Below, piece after piece: positions 49,801-61,600 of a stretch of DNA of 64,000 bases; the first letter of the stretch is position 1, and each line of letters begins with the position of its first letter. The position numbers were made by a program, and so were the translations under genes. The notes beneath the pieces are model-generated. The model was given only the letters and a program-made list of their open reading frames with translations, ran no database searches and had not been told where the DNA came from. Origin of the DNA: Antedon mediterranea (taxonomy: Eukaryota > Animalia > Echinodermata); assembly GCF_964355755.1 (NCBI RefSeq), contig NC_092670.1, forward strand, positions 14,246,795 through 14,310,794, written 5' to 3'.

Positions 49801-52800
49801 AATTAAAATTGAACTACAGTAATATGGTTATATCAAATGTAATTTATTTATTCCTGTTATTTATGTTGTGAATAGATAATGAAAGTCCAATGATTGACTG
49901 TCCAACAAATGTCACTTCAAACAATTACATCGGAGAAGGGTATGGACTAGTAAATGTCAGCACAGATATAGGAAGTCCAAATGCCACAGTCACGTGGGAT
50001 CCTCCTGAGACAAGTGACAATAGTGGTGGACTTGTGACTGTAATGTCTTCATATTTCGAGTCTGGTGACATGATACCATATGGTACTCACACAATCACTT
50101 TTACAGCAACTGATCCTTATGGTAATATTGACACCTGTGACTTTGGCCTCAATGTTGAAGGTAAAATATAAACCTCCTTGAAATTTTGATAATTTACAAA
50201 ATACAGGAATTATAATTTTTATAAACAACATTATGAACATATAAGATTTACCTTCAACACACAACACAAACGAGAATATATTTTATATTGCATATGTAAA
50301 TCTAAGTAATTACTGTTTGATGATTAATTCCTTGGCCTTTATACACAAATTACATCTTTACTGATGAACCCATAGTCATTTTCATCAATAATTGTTCACC
50401 AATTTTTAAGCGCACTATAATTGTAATAAGTACCATTATTATTACTTTGCATATATGTAACAGCTTTTTTATTATCTGTTTATATGGTAAGTTTGAGAAA
50501 ATTAATTTATATACTGTACCAAAATGTTATTTTGCAACCAGGAATCGACTCTTAGGTGAGAAGATAGGAATCATTTTGTTCCATTCTACCATTAAAAAGG
50601 TGTAATATGATTATAGCATTAGTCATTCTTGTTTCTTCCTTTTGTATTATTAGATAATGAGGATCCAGTCTTGGTTTGTCCGCCTAATATTACAACTACT
50701 ACAGCAGAGGGTTCAGATCAAGCAGTCAATGTCAGTTGGACTGATCCAATAGTAATTGACAATTCTAATGAAGATATAACACCAACGTCCAAGTACAATC
50801 CTGGAAATAATGAATTTGATATTGGTAGAACTGATGTTATATATGATGCATTTGATAGTTCAGGCAATGCAGGAACATGTACTTTTACAGTAACTGTTAC
50901 TGGTAAGCATAGTTGGCTTTCATTCTTTCCTCTGGAGTATTTAACTTAATTAATATAGAAATGTTTGCATAAATGCATTTTTACCCTGATCTTCTTTTCT
51001 GAGTATTATTAATATTATTTGTTGTAAGTTATACTTTCCTCATGTTTTAGATCTAGAGGCTCCAGATATTATAGATTGTCCAATGGATATTATTGTTAAT
51101 ACAACAACTGGGGAGGCATTTGCCATCAATGTTACATGGATGGAACCGACAGCTACTGATAACTCTGAAGAGACTCCTGTACCAGTATCAGACTACACTT
51201 CTGGTGATAATATGTTTGCAATTGGTGACACAACAGTCCAGTACAATGTCTCAGATTCAGCTGATAACTTTAATGATAGCTGCAATTTCGTTATCACTGT
51301 TGAAGGTAAGACATCTGTACATCTGGTGGAAATTAAAATTGAGCTACTGAAATATGGTTATAGCAATGTAATTTATTTATACCTTTTATTTATGTTGTGA
51401 ATAGATAATGAAAGTCCAATGATTGACTGTCCAACAAATGTCACTTCAAACAATTACATCGGAGAAGGGTATGGACTAGTAAATGTCAGCACAGATATAG
51501 GAAGTCCAAATGCCACAGTCACCTGGGATCTTCCTGTGACAAGTGACAATAGTGGTGGACTTGTGACTGTAATGTCTTCATATTTCGAGTCTGGTGACAT
51601 GATACCATATGGTACTCACACAATCACTTTTACAGCAACTGATCCTTATGGAAATATTGACACCTGTGATTTTGGCCTCAATGTTGAAGGTAAAATAAAA
51701 ACCTCTTTTTAAATTTTGGTAATTTTTGAAAATACAGGAATTAAAATTTTATTCAACAGCGTTATGAGTATATTATAATATTTACCCTCAGCACATAGAA
51801 AAGAAAACATATGTTATATTACAAAAGTAAAATACAAGTAATTACTAATTGATGATTAATTCATTGGTCTTTATACAAAAATTACATCTTTAACTGATAA
51901 ACCAACAGTCATTTTCATAAATTTTTTTTCACCAATATTTCAGAGCACTATAATAGTAATAGGTACCATTAATTATTTTATCGATATTCTTTGCATAATT
52001 GTAATTATGGTTTTTAACGGCTTGTTTATTATTTGTTTATATGTTAAGTTTGAGAAAAATAATATACTGTACTGTAAGAGTTAACATTTTATTTCGTAAC
52101 TATGAATCGACTCTTATGTGGAAATAAGGAAATTAATTGTTCCATTCTACCATTAAAAAGGTGTAATATGATTTTAGCATTAGTCATTATTGTTTCTTCC
52201 ATTTGTATTATTAGATAATGAGGATCCAGTCTTGGTTTGTCCGCCTAATATTACAACTACTACAGCAGAGGGTTCAGATCAAGCAGTCAATGTCAACTGG
52301 ACTGATCCAATAGTAATTGACAATTCTGATGAAGATATAACACCAACGTCCAAGTACAATCCTGGAAATAATGAATTTGATATTGGTAGAACAGATGTTA
52401 TATATGATGCAGTTGATAGTTCAGGCAATGCAGGAACATGTACTTTTACAGTAACTGTTACTGGTAAGCATAGTTGGCTTTCATTCTTTCCTCTGGAGTA
52501 TTTAACTTAATTAATATAGAAATGTTTGCATAAATGCATTTTTACCCTGATCTTCTTTTCTGAGTATTATTAATATTATTTGTTGTAAGTTATACTTTCC
52601 TCATGTTTTAGATCTAGAGGCTCCAGATATTATAGATTGTCCAATGGATATTATTGTTAATACAACAACTGGGGAGGCATTTGCCATCAATGTTACATGG
52701 ATGGAACCGACAGCTACTGATAACTCTGAAGAGACTCCTGTACCAGTATCAGACTACACTTCTGGTGATAATATGTTTGCAATTGGTGACACAACAGTCC

Positions 52801-55644
52801 AGTACAATGTCTCAGATTCAGCTGATAACTTTAATGATAGCTGCAATTTCGTTATCACTGTTGAAGGTAAGACATCTGTACATCTGGTGGAAATTAAAAT
52901 TGAGCTACTGAAATATGGTTATAACAATGTAATTTATTTATACCTTTTATTTATGTTGTGAATAGATAATGAAAGTCCAATGATTGACTGTCCAACAAAT
53001 GTCACTTCAAACAATTACATCGGAGAAGGGTATGGACTAGTAAATGTCAGCACAGATATAGGAAGTCCAAATGCCACAGTCACCTGGGATCTTCCTGTGA
53101 CAAGTGACAATAGTGGTGGACTTGTGACTGTAATGTCTTCATATTTCGAGTCTGGTGACATGATACCATATGGTACTCACACAATCACTTTTACAGCAAC
53201 TGATCCTTATGGAAATATTGACACCTGTGATTTTGGCCTCAATGTTGAAGGTAAAATAAAAACCTCTTTTTAAATTTTGGTAATTTTTGAAAATACAGGA
53301 ATTAAAATTTTATTCAACAGCGTTATGAGTATATTATAATATTTACCCTCAGCACATAGAAAAGAAAACATATGTTATATTACAAAAGTAAAATACAAGT
53401 AATTACTAATTGATGATTAATTCATTGGTCTTTATACAAAAATTACATCTTTAACCGATAAACCAACAGTCATTTTCATAAATTTTTTTTCACCAATATT
53501 TCAGAGCACTATAATAGTAATAGGTACCATTAATTATTTTATCGATATTCTTTGCATAATTGTAATTATGGTTTTTAACGGCTTGTTTATTATTTGTTTA
53601 TATGTTAAGTTTGAGAAAAATAATATACTGTACTGTAAGAGTTAACATTTTATTTCGTAACTATGAATCGACTCTTATGTGGAAATAAGGAAATTAATTG
53701 TTCCATTCTACCATTAAAAAGGTGTAATATGATTTTAGCATTAGTCATTATTGTTTCTTCCATTTGTATTATTAGATAATGAGGATCCAGTCTTGGTTTG
53801 TCCACCAAATATTACAACTTCTACAGTGGAGGGTTCAGAACAAGCAGTCAATGTCAGTTGGACTGATCCAATAGTAATTGACAATTCTGATGAAGATATA
53901 ACACCAACATCCAAGTACAATCCTGGAAATAATGAATTTGATATTGGTAGAACTGATGTTATATATGATGCAGTTGATAGTTCAGGCAATGCAGGAACAT
54001 GTACTTTTATAGTAACTGTTACTGGTAAGTATAGTCTTCTATTCTTCTTTCTACTGAATTATTAAATTTTACTTGATAATATAGACAACTATTGTACTAA
54101 TAGTTATGTGTTTTTTCGGCCTTGTCTGGTACGCTTGAAACTTTGCACAACTTAATAATAATGGATTCATTCGTGCGTGTCAATAAGAAAAATAGTGCGT
54201 GTTCCAATAGCATGCTCAGAGTTATACAGTTTATTTTGTTCACAAGGCCAGGAAATTCATAGTTAAAGTAATGCAAGAGAGCAACACATTTACTCTGATG
54301 AACAGAGTTGATTAATAGCCTGATAGAAATAGCAAAACAAGAATTACAATTCCACAATGAACAGACTCTAAGCGCTACCAGGTCTTAACAGTATTAATAT
54401 TATAGAATGGTTGTCTTTCCTTTTGCTAATGTTTGGAACGATTTAAACTTTACTTTAGAAAAAATATATAGTTACGGCTGTAGTAGAATTATTTCATCAT
54501 GATCGCAAAAACAGTGCTTCAAGACTTTTTTTTAACTTAACAAATTGAAAGACATTAATCAGCCCAGAGTATCAATTCTGTCTTGCACTCTTAGTTGTAT
54601 CATGCAGTTCAGTTCTCTGTTGCACTAACAATAGTTTTCAAAATAATACAATAGTAAACGCTATTACTTTTACCATTATGTTTAGACGAAGAAGCCCCAG
54701 TTATCATAAATTGTCCAATGGATATAACTGTTGACACAACAACTGGTGAAGCTTTTGCCATCAATGTCACGTGGATGGAACCGACAGCTACTGATAACTC
54801 AGGAGAGACTCCTTTACCAGTAGCAGACTACACTTCTGGTGATATGTTTTTTCTTGGCAACACAACAGTCCAGTACAATGTCTCAGATTCAGCTGGTAAC
54901 TTTAATGATAGCTGCAGTTTTGTTATAACTGTTGTAGGTAAGTCCTTTTATAACATTATTATTCAACCTTATTTATAGAGGCTGACCCTAAACATCAGTT
55001 GCTGACAATCAATGGTATGATAACCGACAGCTACTGTGTGTATACTAGTACACTGTGGTAACCCCTACTCGTTGATAAATATGTATTAAATTCTTTATAG
55101 TGCACATGAGCCTACAGTTTATAGTCCTTATCCGAGAAGACTCTTTCTACCACCAGAATCAAGGAGCGAGTGAGCCTTAAACCCTTGCCGATGTTTTGGC
55201 TAGGTATTATGGTTCCACTGTCTTAACCGCTTGCACTACACAAAAAAAATATAAAACAATAAGGTTGTTATTTTTCCATATGTTTTATTCATACAGTTGT
55301 AGTATAACAGATATATATGAATATATATATATAAATCCAAAGGCAAATTACTGAAAAAAATGACAATGCTGTGGGTATCAGTGGCTGGATCTCAATGGAG
55401 ATACAAAAATATAAAGCGAAAAGCTAAATCAAAACGATAAAGTAAACAGCCAGAAAAGTTAGCAGAGCTTTCGGGCAACACTAGCCCTTCATCAGTGCAA
55501 GTGAAATATGAAATATATATATTTGTTTATTTTATTAATGAGACAAGCTATTATATTGCTTCTAATGCGTGCCCCAGTTATAGTCAAATAACGGAATAAA
55601 TGTGTATGAATCTAAAAATCTGAATCTAAAAAAAAATATATCAA

Positions 55645-55677
<33 letters not shown>

Positions 55678-58600
55678 AAGCACATGAAATTACAAAAGCA
55701 CATTTTAGTAATAACGTTGATACAAAAACATGAGTATCTGAAAATTAAAATAATATTTTAATATTTAATTCTATTACAGAAATTATTTGTTATTAGTTTT
55801 TTAAGGTTTAGCAGTGCCTTCTTTTTGCTTAATATTAGTATGTGTTGCAACTTTCATTTTTTTATTTATTAAAATACTATATTATAGACATGGAGGCACC
55901 ATCGTTCAGTGGTACCTGCCCTGCCAGTCCATTGGAAGTACCAACTGATCCTCCAACCGGCAACAGAGCCATTGGTGAAATGTTTGCAACCGTGACCTGG
56001 ACAATACCAACAGCAACTGATAATGTAGACGACGTTGTGATGGTAACAAACAACAGTTTTCCAGGATCTCAAGTTTATTTCGATATATCAACTGAGTATG
56101 ACCTGAATGTGACGTATGTTGCAGAAGATGCTGCAGGCAATGTGGAGATATGTTCCTTTTTAGTTAAGGTCGTCGGTAAGGATGTATTCATACAGTCAGG
56201 GCTGTAGCCAGCTTGAGGCACACAAAGCGTTCGGCTCGTCTGAAATTTTCAATTTTCACCACCCACTCCAATCCCAGCACAGATCGTAATATTTTATATT
56301 AATTGTATTTTAAGCATTTTTGCCTTATCTGTTTTTTACCACCACTAATAAATGTTGGTTTGCAGTGTTTAAAAAAGGGTATTATAGTAAAATTTGAAAT
56401 TGGCTTAATATTGTGTTTGGTATGCTACCATCATCTCCTATTTGCAAACAGTAACAACAATATTTATACATTGATATCATTTATTACAGATGAAGAACCT
56501 CCGATCTTCTATACTTGTGACAACTCAACTGTTTATATCAACAACACTGCTGGTGAAAACTTTGCACCATATACATGGATGGAGCCAACTAACGCTGACA
56601 ACATTCTTGTAGATGCAGAGAGATCAACACCAAATATGGCACCAGGTCAAGACTTTACCATCGGAGAAAATGATATTATTTATATACTATATGATACATC
56701 AGGAAACCAAAACAGTTGTAACTTTACAATTGTGGTTTTAGGTATGTTCCTGTAATTTCAAAATGGGTTCAATAAACAGTACTGTTAAGCAATTGTAAAA
56801 CATAATATAGCCGGTTAAGTTAACAGTGGTTAAAAATCAATAAACAATTTTATTACTACATATATTTTACCAAAGCAGGCAATTAACAAAAAGTTAATTA
56901 AAGTTTAAAAGAATTATGGTAGTGTAAGGATAATGGATTTTGGGTAAATAAGATTTTTTATTACTGTATATAGTTATTAAGATTTGACATGACATTACGT
57001 GTCAAAATTATTTTAATGTTGGCCTGGTTAGATTAGATTAGATTTAAACTTGATTATCCCCATAGGGAAACCCTGGTCTTATCAACTGTGCATACATAAG
57101 GAATATAACATTTGCAAGGAATGATATTACAGTAAAATAGTTTTGACTTGATCCTTTACTCTTCACTATCTTTTTCCCAAGATATTGAAGATCCAGTTAT
57201 TGTCAATTGTCCAAACAACACTGTAGATATGACAGATGCTGGCAAAAATAACACCAATGTTACTTGGACTGAGCCTACAGCTACAGATAATGATGATGTT
57301 GTAAGTTTTGATGGAACACACTATTCAGGAAATTTATTCTATATTGGTGTTACAACTGTTAACTATACAGCAGTCGATCCTTCAGGAAATATTGCTGTAT
57401 GTGTATTCAATGTTACCATAGAAGGTAAGATCTGTTCATCATTCATCAACCCGCTCCATAACTCTCTATGTTGTGCTAATCTCATTCGTGTTATACCAAT
57501 TGATTGGGAAATTTCCTCGTCCCATCTCACTTATTCCTTGGTTTCTGGCATTGTTCCTTAGTATCCAGTCAGTGACAATTTTGTACATATATATATATAA
57601 TATATCATCTGTCTGCTGTGCTAGATGACCTGCCCAAGACCATTTCTTTGATTATATAACTTTCACTATGTATAACTCGGATTATTTGTTGAATATGTGC
57701 GCTTACTAAATATTATCCATTTAAAAATATACAGTTTAGTATTATCCCTAATGATCGTAAACTAATATTTATTTATTATCGATTTATAAATTTTGAATTG
57801 TTTCTAAACAGATAAAGAGTCTCCTACTTTGGACTGTGTGTCCAATGTGACTGTATACACCGATTTAAATTCAGCAACAGCTAATGTATCCTGGCCAATA
57901 CCAGAAACAACAGACAACAGTGGTTTAGATCCTACATTAACCTCTAACTATGAACCCTATACACTGTTTAATATTGGAACAACTCTAGTAATGTACACAT
58001 CAACAGATGCATCAAATAATGTGCAAACTTGCACATTTAATGTGACTGTAATTGGTAAGTACTGTACGATTAATTATAATCAATACTGCAGTAGGATGTA
58101 CAGTCATAAAAACCGTTTACCATTCCCACTCAGTTTTTCTATGGACGAAATTTGGAAAACATTAGTTAATTAGCGGTTAATTAGGAAACAATAAGACAGC
58201 CCGAATAATAGTCCACTAAAAATGGATGGTACATAAATACATTACAACTACACTGAAATAATATGTTAATATTGTTTTAAACTAGTATTTTTAGTGCTGT
58301 AAATCCACCTGCTTCCCAGTATCGTAGAAAAATTCTCTAATACAGCATCTCATATGTATCACTTAGATGCCTGTGTCATGTAAGGTTAGGTTATGATAGG
58401 TCTAGGATACTAGGCGATATGATACTGTGGATATCTAGTACCAAGAATCGTAGCCGAATGAAGTCAGGTTTGTGGTTTGTGTTTCCAAAAAGGAAATATT
58501 GTAAAGCTTAGTCTACACTATCAAAGTTTATGTGACAAAAAAAATGTGATGTGCCTATGTATGGATATGATGATGATGTCATATCACTACCATATTTGGG

Positions 58601-61600
58601 AACATCATACTTTTTTGTCAAACTAGTTAGATAGTGTAGACAGAGCTTTGGATTAAGAATGCATTTTGTTACAGATAACGAAGATCCAGACTTTGCCTGC
58701 CCTCTTGACGTAATTATAGTAGATACAGATGCTTCACAACCTTATGCAACTGTGACATGGACTGTACCGATCGTTGTCGATAACTCGGGCACTGTTGAAT
58801 ATAATTGTACACATGAGTCAGGTGATCTGTTTGATGCTGTTTGGCCAGTTGTACTACAAAATGTAAGCTGTACGGCACAGGATCCATCTGGAAATGATGC
58901 ATATTGTTTTTTCTCCATAACGGTTCATGGTAAGTTAATTAGAGACCATATAAAAATGATCGCAGTTGTCATCTTGACATCTTGTTAATCTGATTATGCT
59001 ATTTAGCAAGCTTTTTTTGTGTAATAATACACATTGCTTATTGCAGTAAATGCCCTATAAATTTCCATATGATTGCATAGATTGCCTTACACAAAAATAT
59101 GTTTATTCTAAAATCAAAGTCTACATTCTCAAATTAATGAGACAAGATTTAAATACAATGTAATGGCGTACTTGAACAACGCTAATATACTATATATTTC
59201 ACATAATCTCAAACAATATAAGTTATTAATAGAGTATGTATCAGGCAGCAATATGTTCAGTTTTTAAAACATTTTGGTTTTCAAGACTTAAATAATTTAA
59301 TAAAAACTGTAAATTCTGTTTTTCTTCTAGATAATGAGAATCCAAATATAACATGTCCCAGTGACTTCAATGTGACAACAGACAATGGACAACCAACAGC
59401 TTGGATTGAATGGAATGTTGAATACACAGACAATACAGAATCTCTATATAACCTCAGCCTAACAGGATCTGGTTCAAATTATAATCCATCTGGTGAAAAC
59501 TTTACTATTGGAATAACAACACTTGAATATATAGTAACTGATGTATTTGGAAACAATGCTAGCTGTACCTTTTATGTCACTGTGCGAGGTGAATACAAAA
59601 TTATTTGGTTTTCACCTAATATTTCTTCTGATTATCCTATGTTCTATCAGCCTGTTAATGTCTGCAATATTTCTAGATGTTAATATTGTTGCATTTATAA
59701 CCCAAAACTAAATCTGAATTAAATCTAGATATCCCATAATAGTGATGATTTATTTTGAGAAATGTACACTGTTTAGGTTTTCAAAAAAAGAAAACTGGAA
59801 AATTGGTGAACTTGAGTATAAATTATTTTAATAACTTTTCTCAGCACAAATATAAAATCTGTAACAACATCATGGAAACTTGAATTTAATTATTTAATTC
59901 CAAACTATGTAGAATAGTGTATTTTATCAAATTGTATTTTTCTTTTATTCTTAATGAACAGACGAAGAAGCTCCATATATAGCTGGTTGTCCAATGGACA
60001 TTGTTTTGAACACTACAAGTATGTTATCACATGCTAATGCTACTTGGATGACTCCAAATGCTACAGATAATTCAGGCAATGTTACCTTAGTCGCTACACA
60101 TAACCCTGGTGATGGCTTTGCTGCAACAATAACTCAGGTTACTTACACAGCAACTGATCCGTATGGAAACAAAGACATCTGTACATTTAATGTTACTGTA
60201 ATCGGTAAGTAATGTTTAAATGTATAACAAACAGATATACTTAAAATTACCTTAGCAGTGCATGTAATTAACCATGTTTTATGCACACTGTACAACCCCT
60301 TATTTCAAAATATGAATAATGTATTTTTTCAATTATTTACACAGATACAGAGTCTCCTACTTTGGACTGTGTGTCCAATGTGACTGTGTACACTGATTTA
60401 AATTCAGCAACAGCTAACGTATCTTGGCCAATACCAGAAACAACAGACAACAGTGGGTTAGAACCTACATTAACCTCTAACTATGAACCATATACACTGT
60501 TTGATATTGGAACAACTCTAGTAATGTACACATCAACAGATACATCAGATAATGAAGAAACTTGCACGTTCAATGTAACTGTAATTGGTAAGTTAACTTT
60601 ATATGACAAAATACATTAACAAAAATACTAAAATATATAGAAAGTTAAAAGTTCCTTTGTGGTATTTATTATTTTATTGTAGATAATGAAGATCCAGTAT
60701 TTGATTGTCCTGACAACATTATGGTATATACAGATGAGTCACAATATTATTCAACTGTTTATTGGAATGTGTCAGTTACTGATAATTCAGGAAATGTTAC
60801 ATATAATTGTACAAGTGAATCTGGTAACCAGTTTGATGCTGTTTGGCCAATAATACAACAAAATGTAAGCTGTATGGCACAAGATCCATCGGGAAATGAC
60901 GCATCTTGCTTTTTCACCGTAACGGTCGATGGTGAGCATATCATGATTGTGAAGATTGTCTTGCACACAAATATTTTTCCTTTACAATTAAAGTCTACAA
61001 TGTTAAATCAAAATACAAAGACAATAAATAATTTGTTTTCAATATTAAACTATAAGTTCAGTAAAAATTTTATCATTGTATATTTAATTATTGTTCTATA
61101 GATTTTACAAAATCTTGTCTTTAAAATGTTATTAAATTAATTTTATTAACTTGTTACTCGGTTATTTATTGAGTAAGTATCAGTCAGCAATAAATTCAAA
61201 AGATTGGGTTGTCATTAATTCTGTTTTTCTTATAGATAATGAGAATCCAAATATAACATGTCCTAGTGACTTCAATGTGACAACAGACAATGGACAACCA
61301 ACAGCTTGGATTCAATGGAATGTTGAATACACAGACAATACAGAATCTCTATATAACCTCAGCCTAACAGGAACTGGTTCAAATTATAATCCATCTGGTG
61401 AAAACTTTCCTATTGGAACAACAACACTTAAGTATATAGTAACTGATGTATTTGGAAACATTGATAGCTGTACATTTGATGTCACTGTGCGAGGTGAATA
61501 CAAAATGATTTGGTTTTCAACTATTATTTCTTCTGATTATCCTATGTTCTATCAGCCTGTTAATGTCTGCAATATTTCTAGATGTTAATATTGTTGCATT

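Noticed and set aside
46490-53989. Alternative-frame and antisense ORFs overlapping HYR exons (MLIQQL.., MLCVEG.., MPELST..)
   Set aside because: Shadows of the real exons, repeated only because the exons are duplicated; no independent splice or domain support.
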